This document shows, one piece after another, positions 14,044-26,289 of a stretch of DNA of 64,000 nt (within the stretch, counting starts at the first letter, position 1; every line of letters begins with the position of its first letter). The position numbers and the translations under genes are program-made. A model generated the notes under the pieces. That model saw only the letters and a program-made list of their open reading frames with translations, had not been told where the DNA came from and ran no database searches. This DNA comes from Chiloscyllium plagiosum (Eukaryota), in NCBI RefSeq assembly GCF_004010195.1, contig NC_057760.1:4047507-4111506 (forward strand), read 5' to 3'.

Positions 14044-15385
14044 TGGATGTAGGTTTGCTCGCTGAGCTGGAAGGTTTGTTTTCAGACGAGTCATCACCAT
14101 AATAGTTATCATCAGTGTGCCTCTAAATGAAGCACTGGTGGCATGGCCTACTTTGTATTTGTGTTTAGGTTTCCTTGGGTTGGTGACATCATTTCCTGTT
14201 GTGATGTAATTTCCTGTTCTTTTTCTCAGGGGCCGGTAAATGGGATCCAAGTCAATGTGTTTTTTGATAGAGTTACGGTTGGAATTCCATGCTTCTAGGA
14301 ATTCTTGTGCTTGTCTCTGTTTGGCCTGTCCTAGGATGGATGTGTTGTCCCAGTCGAAGTGGTGTCCTTCCTCATCTGTATGTAAAGATACTAGTGAGAG
14401 TGGGTCATGTGTTTTTGTGGCGAGTTGATGTTCATGTATCCTGGTCACTAGTTTTCTGCCTGTTTGCCACAGTTCTTGCAAGGTATTTTGTAAATGACGT
14501 TAGTTTTGTTTGTTGTCTGTATAAGGTCTTTCAAGTTCATTAGCTGCTGTTTTACTGTGTTGGTGGATTTGCGAGCTCCCATGATGCCAAGAAGTTTGAG
14601 TAGTCTGGCAGTCATTTCCGAGACATCTTTGATGTAGGGGAGAGTGACTAGGATTTCTGGACGTGTTTTATCTGCTTGTTGGATGTGTTGCATCAATAAT
14701 ACCCTTACTGGCGTGACGGTATTGACCCACTCTCACCACTTCCATCCTAGGACAAACCAAACAGAGCCACGCACAAGATTAGATTAGATTAGATTAGATT
14801 AAATTAGATTAGATTACTTACAGTGTGGAAACAGGCCCTTCGGCCCAACAAGTCCACACCGACCCGCCGAAGCGCAAACCACCCATACCCCTACATTTAC
14901 CCCTTACCTAACATTACGGACAATTTAACATGGCCAATTCACCTAACCTGCACATCTTTTGGACTGTGGGAGGAAACCGGAGCTCCCGGAGGAAACCCAC
15001 GCAGACAAGGGGAGAATGTGCAAACTCCACACAGTCAGTCGCCTGAGGCGGGAATTGAACCCAGGTCTCTGGTGCTGTGAAGCAGCAGTGCTAACCACTG
15101 TGCCGCCCAATTCCTAGACGAATGGCATTTCAACCAGAACTCCAACGAACACATTGACTCGGACCTCATTTACCACCCCCTGAGAAAAAGAACAGGAAAT
15201 GACATCACCAACCCAAGGAAACCCAAACAAATAGAAAGCAGACTGTGTCACCAGTGCTTCACCCGAAGGCTCATGGATGTTACCTAGTATGGTGATGAAA
15301 CATCTGAAAACGAACCTTCCAGTTCAGCAAACAAACCTACATCCAGAACCTTAATCTGAGCTACAAATTTTCTCAAAACTTGCTA
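14044..15385. mobile_element. Penelope-like (Poseidon-type) element, two 3' arms in inverted tails-out orientation
   Basis: Minus 14044-14696: LPYIKDVSE, NVIYKIPCKNC, RIHEHQLA, EFLEAW (GIY-YIG). Plus 14735-15385 repeats the same 3' end and is interrupted by an HE1 SINE. Confidence 0.88.
14776..15108 (-). mobile_element. HE1 SINE (V-SINE superfamily) nested in the Penelope-like element
   Basis: tRNA-like head (cagtggttagc, ggttcaattccc), V-domain tgtgtggagtttgcacattctccc...gggtttcctccggg, (TAATC)n tail. Confidence 0.93.
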
Positions 15386-15884
15386 TCAGTTGATCTCAAT
15401 AAAATTTGCAATATTCTTATTAGGCATGACAGGTTACTTGAACAATTTCCCTGTTTGCTAAGTCTAGAATCAGGGATCTCAGAATAAAGGAGAAGGTGAA
15501 TTGAGACTGAGATGAGAAAATTTCTTCACTCAGCAGGTGGTGAATACATCAGAGCTGTGGAAGCTCAGTAATCACGTTCAATCCAGAAAGCAATACGAAT
15601 TTAAGAACATCAACGGATATGAAAAAAGTGCTGGAAAATGGATTTGAAGCAGATGTGTCGCAATTTAAATGAATAGTGTAACAGACCCACGCTGATTTGC
15701 CTTCTCCTATTCCTACAGTCTCATGATGATGAGACAAGAAAACCTTTAAAACATTAATGCCTGGTACTCGAAATTCACAAGTAAGCCCCTCTCATCACCA
15801 CAGCTGAACCCTTGTCACAAGAAATTAAATCTTTGATTTACAGGATTCCCAGGAAATACCTTTAAAACTTAATGCACAAAATAT

Positions 15885-16205
15885 GGGCAGTGGCTAGGCC
15901 AGCATTTATCAGCTATCCATAATGACCCAGAGGTCAGTTAAGAATCAGCCACATTATTCAAAATCTGGAGTCACATGTAAGCCAGACCAGTTTCCTTCCC
16001 TAAAGGACCCAGTGAATTCTATAGGATTTTAATGACAGTCAACAACTGTCTCATAGTCATTGTTAGATTTGAACTCCAGATTATTTTGCATTGAAAACAG
16101 ATTTTACCATTAGCTATGGTGGGATTTGAACCCAACTTCCCAGAATATTATCGGGGTCTCTGGATTAATAGTCCAGCAAGACTACCATCAGGGACATTGC
16201 CTCTA
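15885..16205 (-). mobile_element. tRNA-derived SINE with L2-like tail (same family as 53293-53622)
   Basis: Reverse complement of ggactattaatccagagacc...ttcaaatcccacc...cctttagggaaggaaactgg...tacatgtgactccaga. Confidence 0.72.
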
Positions 16206-17316
16206 CATAGTTTTACATACATAGAAGAGCTGCTAAAATGCAAAATTAAACCACAAAATGCATAACCACAACAAAATATGCAAAAGTATTCATGTACAAT
16301 CACCCTGAAAATGACTCACTAGCATGAGTCACCAAATCACCAAGTTTCTGACAAATTAGTCATGTTCTAACAGATAGAGAAACATTAAATGCTTGTATTA
16401 GTTCAAATAGAAAAACTTTGAGAATCTGTATTTACAAAGATAACTTATGACCTGCCAGAGCAAAAGAAAATTCATGTTTCTCCTCACAATCACAACACAG
16501 ACCATCAACTTCTGAGATTTTGTACACCTTTATTAGGTTTTTCCCCTGATCTTCTTGGCTTCCCTCCCTTTCCAAAATGGGTTATTTTTTTATGTATTTC
16601 ACGTTAACGTCTGTACAAATTTGAGCTAAAGTACTTCCCCTAATTGGGAGAAAGACTTATACTCACTGAAGCCATGTCATTCTGAAGCCTTGCATTTTCT
16701 CCAAAGTTTACACTTTAGAAATCTTTTCCTTCAATACAATTTGAACCCAGTGAGAAGTCACATCGTACCATACTCTCAGGGTTGGGGAGCAGATTTGTAC
16801 AGTTGTTTTTATCCTCCCACCTAAAAAATACACCCTCAAAGATATCACTTTAACTTAATACTGAATGACTATTGTCCTTGAACTACTATATAAATGGTAA
16901 CATTTCTTTAGTGATTTAGGTGAATTTGAAATGCTTCTACATATTAAATTGCTATCAGCACCTGAAATCATGGAAAAAAGTATCAAGATCCAAAAGCTTC
17001 CAGAAAAAAGTAGTGGTCAGTCAGTAAGGCTCATGATTCAGTATTCTCATGTCTGCAATTCTCCATAAGAGCTCCTTTGATTTCAATATAGCTGAAGACG
17101 AAGTCACTATACAGTTCCTTCCATGGAGGAAGGAAACGAGGAAAAGGTGCTATCACTCACATTAATTTTTACATTCGGATTAACAGCTGGTTGGAGAGTA
17201 CGACCATCGGATGTAGAGCAGCAGACCATTTTGAGAAAGCAAACTGGAGAATGACGCATGCCATGGAAATCCTGAGATGATGGAGAAGAAAACGTCACCG
17301 GGAAGTTGTTGCTCAC

Positions 17317-17467
17317 CTGCTTCAACTTGAGCGCAGCTTGGACAGAGGGCCTGTTCTCCATTTGCTGCGCCAAACGGCGGTTTCTGGCACTTGCCAGTTG
17401 CTGCTGCTGCATCGTTGCTCGAATGCTCACCGTTGGAGGCTGTTTGTTCTTCAGCATGTTGGTAAAG
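17317..17467 (-). CDS. CHTOP: CHTOP coding exon 3
   Basis: [50 protein letters not shown]; gaag| acceptor, CAG|gtgagc donor; 151 nt, phase 2-0. Confidence 0.97.
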
Positions 17468-20400
17468 CTTCAAGGTTGAACAGAAGTGGTTTAAACAGGT
17501 TTTAATACACAGAACTCAAAGGCAATTCGAGCCCCTCAGCTATGGTGCCCCAGTTCCCACTGAAACCTTTCAGTATAGAGATATGTGGCACATTTTCTTT
17601 TCTTGTTAAAATGTGTTCATTCCCCTGATTCTGGGATTGCAACAACTGCAGGCTGAGTTATCAGAGAAAAAAAAAGGGCAACATTTAATGCAAGAAAAAT
17701 CAAAGCAGCAAGATGAAAACATGAATGGAAAAAAGAGAAAGTGTGAAGTGTTTGTGGAAAGGATTGAAAGGCACAGCAAAAGAAAATATTAATCATCAAC
17801 AACTCAAAACTATCTACTGGGCTCACACCCATTCATTTTGGGCACAGGCTTTCCAAAAGGTAAATATTCTGCAAAGGAAGGATTTTTAAAATTTTGCTTC
17901 TATATCTTATTCACATATCTGTATCCTTCACATGGATTTGATGACCGTATCAGCTGGTATAGTTATTAAGTATCAGACATAAGGAATCTTCCAAAATTTC
18001 TAATAACTTCACTACCAAATACACAGCAGCAACATCTTGTCAAAAACTGCCAAACTGAAATAAAATCTCTAACCACTTTTAACTGTCAAACCAAACGTTC
18101 AACAAGATTATTGAAACAATGCTCAAAACAAAACTAATCAGGCAAATATTTGTTTTGACTGTGAGCACAAAATATACTTCTCACTACTGGATTAGTGACA
18201 AACCAGTCCCAATGGCTCAAGTTTTAAAGATAGTGAGCCAGAGAGAATACTACACTCCTAGGTTAGGAAAAACTTGTTCAGTTTCCCCGACTAATGATTG
18301 ATGTCGTCACTGGAAATTAAGCTTCATAAATATATTGTAATACACTTTAACACTTGGAGCTTAGAAACAAGCTATCTGCCCTCTTGATGTTTATGCCCCA
18401 TTTAAGTTTCCTTCTATTTATCACGTAACTTTGTTAACATATTCAGCTTTTCCTCATGTTTCACTCAACTTTCCCAGGTAATGCATGTCCTTGCTACCCT
18501 TCCCACCTAAATATACCAACTTCATTTGCCAAATACACATCCATTTTCACAAAGTCATTCCTATTTTCTTCATTTTGTTAAATTTTTAGATTGCACTTCC
18601 AATTCAAGACTAATTTATGTAAACAGTGAAGTAATCCCAACAGAATGCAGCTTCCAACATTTCTGTCAGTCTGAGAGGGCATTCTGTGACTTGCCCTAAT
18701 TCCATCTTCTGATCTAAAACTTGACCCTGCGTAACAACTAAATGAAAGCCATGTGAATATAGAGAACTGATTAGTTTAATCCATTCCACTACTTCCAATA
18801 ATTCAGTTGATCAAACCTTCCATAATTCACACCATTAGATTTTCAGTTTCTGTATGATTTGAACGCATTTGAATAAGGATTCTATCGACTACCCTGCTTC
18901 TAAAGTGACACGTATTATCTGTAGTTCCTTAAGCTTCATTGATCGCCTTTAATTAAAAGAAATGTATTAAGTATTCACTATATTATTTTAAAATTACTTA
19001 ATTAAATTTAATTATGGTTCGGCTGTCACCTTTCTCACCTCTTATCTTATGAATATCTCACCTTTTCGTTTATCTTTATTTTGGATTATGGGTCAATATT
19101 GTTTTAAAACACCAAGGACTGTGGGAAGAAATGCTGCACCTCTGAAAATAAGTTATTTGCACTCAGTGAGAATTGTGTTTGTACTGCTTTGTTCAAGACA
19201 TTTGGGGAAGGGGTATGGGGTCAGTGAGTGGACAGGGGGAGGGGGAAAGAGAGAAGAGGAATGGGAAGAATAAGATGGCATAGAACCAGGGTGTGGACAC
19301 TAAATGAAATTCAGTGAACAACAGATCACCAATTGGTTTGCAATTGTGATCAGGTTCAGATGACAGAATTCACCATCTTGGCGGCAACTCCATGATCACC
19401 TCCCAGGTAAGTGAATAGACTGAGTGCTTACGATTGAGGGGAAGTAAAATCCAGACCTGGAAAACAGGTTCTGTGTCACTCTCTCTCTGCAGAAAGAATC
19501 TCGGAGTCTAAAGGAAAGCCAATTACATTTTCCTATTAGATGCCATAAGTTGCCTTTAAACAATCTTCAAGAGACTGTGAACTCAGTGTACAAATCACCT
19601 TGTGCCTCCTGCAAGCCTGGAAAAAGGGGAGTGAAGAGGTGGCTTTGGTAAGCAAAAGGAATGTCATTGAACCTTGTGGATTGATGCTATTGGATTGAGT
19701 TTTCCAGAATTTTTTCCTGGACTCAATCAATTTTTCTTTTTTGTTTCTCTGTGCGTCCAAGAGTCTTCAATGGGGGTTAAGTTGTAACTAATACAGCCAT
19801 ATTTCAATAGTTCATAGGTTCATTTACTAATGGCTAGAACTTAATATAGGAACCTGGTCAGTGTTTACTGTTAACCTGATCCCATTAAGCTGTTTCTTTT
19901 TTCAGTTAATTCACTCATGAGAGATGGGTGCACTTTTGGCTGGAAGCTTTTATTTCCCCTCCTTAGTTGCCCTGGAGATAGGGGTTTTAGGCTGCATTCT
20001 TAAACTGCTTTAGTCCTTATGCTGTAGATAAACACAAACTGACTTCGTGGAAGGAGTTCCAGGGTTCTGACCCAGGTTTCCAAGGACTGTGTGCATTTGA
20101 TTAAATCATTTCACTTTTGCAGTGTCCCTCTAGAAGCCATGGGGCTCAAACATCAGCACAATTTCCCAGGTTGTAGGTTGTAACAAAGTGCAAATGTAAT
20201 CTATGTGGACCAGGAATTGTATCCAAAGTTTTATGAATTTATAAATTTTCTTCCATTAATATTTTTACTTCTTGATGCTCTTTGATCTCCTCTTTCAATA
20301 TCACCCCTGCCACAAAAATTACTTAGGCCATGTTTCTACAAGTACTTTTGAGTTGTTGAAAGGGTGCTGGCAAGGTTTCTTTGTTGCTGTCGGCACCACA

Positions 20401-21885
20401 TTTATCAACTGAGCAACACTTTTCTCTTCTACAGAATGAAGTGTTGAAGCCTTTGATGTATTCTTGCATATCTCCTGATGAGTGCAAGATGAAAAGCTTC
20501 AACCGCATGTCTATTTTTCATTCCTCAATAACTTGACTGTTTATTTTTGCCCTGCCTTTTAGATTTATTTCTCCATTAGGTGTACATTGATACATAATAA
20601 TTATTCCCCACAGATAAGACACAAAATTTTAAAACTTAGACATTTTGTATTTGTTTTTGCTTTGGTTTCAATTTATTTTTTTTGACGTGTGCTATTTGAT
20701 ATTTATTTGATATTCATTTGATATCTCCGCTTTCCAGTGGGTTATATTTCTCAACACTACGGATCATGGAAAATATATTCAACTGCAGCTATGTCATCAT
20801 CAATAATTCTTTCCAGTTGATTTGTATTAATTTCATTCTTCTAAAAATCATTGATCAAGATTTATTTTCAACCTTGCTATTCTGAGACCACTGCTGTCTA
20901 GATGTGCCCCAAGCTCACTTCTCATTTATTTTGGCTTGTTTCCCATTACTATATCCAGCAAAGCTCCCTCTTTATTGGACTTTTTACATGATGGCTGCAA
21001 AAGAAACCCTGTACCTTGTAACAATTCTATTTTCTGTACACCTTTCATTAGCGTGTATCGCTACTCTTCCCATTAACAAATGCCAGCCCAGCTCAAACTG
21101 AAAACATGGATGCTGGGGCGCCTAATAACATTCAATCAACAAAGAACTGATGCCTTTGCAAAAACTTGCGAAAAAGAGAGAGTTGAGAGTACTTTACTGT
21201 AACAGTTGGCAACTGCATTAAGAAGCCAATGAGCAAAAAGACGGCAATAAAGTGGAGGAGTTGTTGGTTAGCCAACATCTATGTTTTAAGAAAGATCAGA
21301 TCATTTTTACAAGTGAAGAAGAAACAGCTGAAAGAGAGAAAGCATACCATGAAGCAGATTGTATGTCACTTACAAGACCCCAGGTGCATACAGGAGGTCT
21401 TTGGACTTGATCGATAGTGCCCACCAGCTGCCTCTTACAGATCAGACCACACAGCACAGCTGATGTGTCTGTCAAGGACAGGACAGGGAGGCTGTTGCAG
21501 CCCAGATTAACTAGTCACCACTGCTGTAGTTTCTGTTGAAATTTATGCAAAACCACAAATAAGAGCAGGAAGGGGATGCACAAAACTGTGCCAATCTTAC
21601 CACTAGGGTCATTGCCACAAAACCACATTCTTATAATCAGCTTGTTCTTACGTTCAGCGAAACAGCCCCGCATCATTCTACCACCTAGGTCACCGTCCTT
21701 CACAAAACGTTTTTTTGCATCTGATAACTGCTTTATTAAGTGCCATCAACTACTGGAGCAGTAATATTTAAGAGAAGAGCAACATTCTCCTATGGTGAAT
21801 CCCTGGAAATCATTGTGCACTTATATATTCTGCAATTGCTAATCAGCTACATGATTGGCACTTGAAATGTTGTCGGCTGCCTCAC

Positions 21886-21950
21886 CGCTCGTTCAGTGAC
21901 ATCTTGGTTGTGCTTTTCAGCACAATCTTTGGTGTTGATGGGGCAGACAT
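21886..21950 (-). CDS. CHTOP: CHTOP first coding exon (exon spans 21886-21967; ATG at 21950)
   Basis: [22 protein letters not shown] (human [22 protein letters not shown]); ctctcacag acceptor, CG|gtgagg donor; 65 coding nt join exon 3 in frame. Confidence 0.96.
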
Positions 21951-23264
21951 TATGAGACTTTGATGCTCTGTGAGAGAAAAAAGAATCATAATCAGAACAT
22001 ACCAATAGCTGAGATCTTCATGATTAATCTCTACTCATTCATATAAAACATATTATTGACAATCTTGAAAATTTACACTTTGTAACTGAACTATATTGAT
22101 AACTAGCTAGAATGTTATGCAAAGATAGTTCTCAACACTAGCAATGCATGTCAATACGTAGTCAGTGTGGCTCCTCGTTTTAGAGCAGAATCTTTATTCA
22201 ACTGCTAAAGTGGATCACAAAAACATGTACATGCTCACTGTAATATTTTCAGAGTGAATGACAATTACTTTCATTTATTTTAAAGTCAACTGCTAATCAG
22301 CCACAGGATTGGTATTTCATTTTGTCAACTGTTTCACCTCTCACTAATTCTAAAAATAGTATAGCTTGTAATATCCTGAAGTGAGCTTCATGCATATACA
22401 AGCTCAGGACATATTTCATAATCCAAACTCAAACCAACTTTATCACTGTCGCTGCAAAACTCATCAGGCTTGGTCATGCACACACAATTGTCAGTGCCAG
22501 GCTGTTATCACAGTTAGCATTAGATTGATTAAAACATCAAGGGCAAAAAATTGTCTCTATATACCAATATCTTGACAATGCGCACAGTCTACTTATCTCT
22601 CAGTCAGCACAGTCTCAATCAGTATGGACTCCCACTACCTTAAATCAAGGCTCAGAGTTCCATGCATCTCATTCAACATCTTAACAAGATCTTTCTATAC
22701 TTCCATTCATGTGAGAATGTGTAAAGGCTATGAGCAGGTAGGGAAAGAGTTATGTTTTGAGTTTTGTTAAACAAGAGGTTCAGCTGAGCATGACTTAGAT
22801 CAGATAAGAACTTAGTTAGCAATGGGGTGCTGGCAGCAAGGGTAATAGGTTAACAAGGTGGAAAAGCATTCATTATTTAAAGCCATTTAACAATATTTGA
22901 AGCACAGTATGTAATGTCCGTTTAACAAAGTGAAACATATTCATTATGTAAAGCCAGTTAAGGTTAAGAAGATTCATTGTGTAACACCAGAAGGCTTGAT
23001 CTTTGCCATTGACACTCAATGATTCTAACGGTCACCCAATCAATATGTACGTTGTGTTATCTGGATGCTCATCCCTGTAAAATGGCTAGACAATTCATTT
23101 AGAAATTGCTGTTCCAGAGAAGACAATGAACTCATATCTCAGTGCACATGGGTGATTGTTCTCTCTCCTTCCAGGGCCAGAATAAAGTCAAGTAAAACCA
23201 TACTGTCTCTCTGAGCGTTTTACTTCGACTGAAGAGATAATGGGACAACAATACAAGTGTATAG

Positions 23265-25949
23265 CAATTTTTGAGAAGATTTGTAGCTCAGGTTGGGGTT
23301 CTGAATGTAGGTTTGCCCACTGAGCTAGAAGCTTCATTTCCACCCTACTAGGTAACATCTTCAGTGGGCCTCCAGGCAAAGCACTGTTGATAATTCCTGC
23401 TTTCTATGTTTGGGTTTCTTTGGGTTGGTGATATCATTTCCTGTTCTTTTTCTAAAGGGGTGGTAGATGGGGGTCTAACTCTATGTGTTTGTTGATAGAG
23501 TTCCGATTGGAATGTCATGCTTCTAGGAATTCTCATGCATGTCTGTTTGGCTGGTCCCAGAATGGATTTTTTGTCCTAGTCGAAGTGGTGGCCTTCCTCT
23601 TCTGTATGTAAGGATACTAGGGAGAGGATCATGTCGTTTTGTGGCTAGCTGATGTTCATGTATCCTGGTGGCTATTTGCTCATTCGTCCAATGTAGTGTA
23701 TGTTACAGTCCTTGCATGGTATTTTGTAAATGACATTAGTTTTGCTTATTGTCTGTATCGGGTCTTTCAAGTTCATTAGCTGCTGTTTTATAGTGTGTTG
23801 GTGGGTTTGTGGGGTACATTGGTGCCAAGGGGTATGAGTAGTCTGGCAGTCATTTCCGAGATGCCTTTGATGTCGGGGACAGTGGCTAGGGGTTCTGGAT
23901 GCATTTTGCCTACTTGTTTGGATTTGTTGCTGAGAAATCTACGGATAGGGTTCATTGGGTACCCATTCTTTATGAAAACACTGTATAGGTGATTTTTCCT
24001 CTGCTCTGCGCTGCAGTGTGTGGTGGCTCGATGGAATAATGTTCTGATGCAGCTTTGTTTGTGGATGTTGGGGCGATTGCTTCTGTAGTTCAATATTTGG
24101 TCCGTATGTATTGTTTTCCAATAGATTCTGGTTTGAAGCTCCCCATTGGCTGTTCGCTCTATCTGAAGAAGCGTGGTGTGTTGTATCCATCTGGTTTCAC
24201 TTTTTGGAAGTCTGTCTTATTTATTGAAATTCAACTGCATTGAAAAGGCGAATGCACTACTTACAGATACCATCACTTACCAACAAGTAGCAATACACCC
24301 AACCCCACAACGAGAGAACTGAATCTCAGCCCTACTCAAAAACTTCAGAAATCTGGGAGAAATAAATAAGACTGACTAGCAAAAAATGAAACCAGACGGA
24401 TCCAACAGACCACACTTCTACGGATTACCCAAAATTCACAAACCAGGAGCCCCCCTCAGACCCATAGTCTCGCTACCTGGAACACCAACTTACAGATTGG
24501 CCAAGGAGCTACACCAAAGACTAAAACACTTAGTAGAAGACTCACACCATTCCATCCACTCCACCCAAGAATTTCTGAAGACCAAAGACACTAAAATAGA
24601 AGAGGATGAAATAATGGTGTACTTTAATGCAACAGCCCTGTTTACATCAATCAACATTAACCTGGCCAAGGAAACACTGACTACACTATTAGACCCAAAG
24701 ACACATACACTAAACACCACAAACCTCATCAGCAAGGACAGCATCGTCAAGCTAGTAGACCTATGCCTTACCACACACTTCACCTTCAACAACAAAATCT
24801 ACAGACAAACCAATGGAACACCCATGGGATCTCCTATTTCAGGGTTCTCAGCAGAGGCAGTAATGCAGAGACTTGAACAAACAGCTCTGCCAATCATCCA
24901 ACGCAAACTTTGGGTCAGCTACATGGATGGCACCTTTGTCATCACGAAACGAAACAAATTAGAGGAAACCTTCAAGACCATCAATAATACCCTTACTGGC
25001 ATAAAATTCACTAAAGAGGAGGAAAACAACAAACTGCCTATCCTAGATGTCACGGTAGAGCGAACAGCCAATGGGGAACTTCAAACCAGGGTCTACAGGA
25101 AAACACCACATACGGACCAAATATTGAACTACAGAAGCAATCACCCCAACATCCACAAACAAAGCTGTATCAGAACATTATTCCAACAAGCCACCACACA
25201 CTGCAGCACAGATGAACTATGCAGAGCAGAGGAAAATCATCTATATAGTGTATTCAAAAAGAACGGGTACCCATGAACACTGTCTGCAGATTTCTCTGCG
25301 ACAAATCCAAACAAGAAGACAAAACACATCCAGTAACCGTAGCCACTCTCCGCTACATGGAAATGACTGCCAGACTACTCAGACCCCTTCGCATCATAGT
25401 AGCCCACAAACCCACCAACACATTATAAAACAGCAACTAATGAACTTGAAAGAGCCTACACAAGCAAAACTAATGTTATTTACAAAATACTGTGCAAGGA
25501 CTGTAACAAATACTACATTGGACAAACAGGCAGAAAACAAGCTACCAGGATACATGAACATCAACTAGCCACAAAACAACATGACCCTCTCTCACTAGTA
25601 TTCTTACTGACCGGGGAAGGCAGGCTACCACTTCAACTGGGACAACAATTCCATTCTAGGACAAGCCAAACAGAGACACGCACCAGAATTCCTAGAAGCA
25701 TGGCATTCCAACTGGAATTCCATCAACAAACACATGGAGTTAGACCCCATCTACCACGGAGAAAAAAAAAACAGGAAATGACATCACCAGAGGAAATGAC
25801 ATCACCAACCCAAAGAAACCCAAACATATAAATAGAAAGCAGGAATCAAAGTGCTTCGCCCGGAGGCCCACTGAAAATGTTACCTAGTAGGGTGATGAAA
25901 CGTCTGGAAATGAACTTCCCAGCTCAGCGAGCAAACCTACATCCAGAAC
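23265..25949. mobile_element. Penelope-like (Poseidon-type) element: plus-strand RT/GIY-YIG arm (24240-25949) and inverted minus arm (23265-24160)
   Basis: ORF 24386-25276 FYGLPKIHKPGAPLRPIVS, ALFTSI, QTNGTPMGSPIS, YMDGTF, VYRKTPHT; GIY-YIG YIGQTG downstream; near-identical 3' ends point outward; flanks acaagtgtatag (23253-23264) and acaaatgtatag (25948-25959). Confidence 0.93.
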
Positions 25950-26289
25950 AAATGTATAGGAATACAAGTTCCAACAAATTCTTGGCATTGACACCCTCCA
26001 GATCCCTGCTCCTAATCTATTCATCATAATCCCATTCCTTCATAAAACCCAACCTTCACTGTGTTCACAACATAAACCTTCTGCCCTCCGAAGCTAAACG
26101 ATGTGTGCTCAGTAAAGGACGTAAATTTAACTCCCTCTGCCTTCCCCAGAATGTATTTCCTACACAGCATGACACGGAATTCTTGATTCATCCTTTGCAT
26201 GACCCAATTCTTTAGGTCAGATCATTTCCTGCTCCATCCCTCCACCCATACACTACACTCTTACCTCATAACTATTCTTCACCTTTCAA

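Noticed and set aside
20475..20500. CTGATGA...GAAA hammerhead-like string on the plus strand
   Set aside because: The intervening gtgcaagat cannot form helix II and no helix I/III is evident; better explained as the complement of the intron hairpin.
24386..25276. 296-aa RT ORF as a domesticated gene or active element
   Set aside because: Catalytic YxDD reads YMDG, the downstream endonuclease is frameshifted, and the 5' part is missing.
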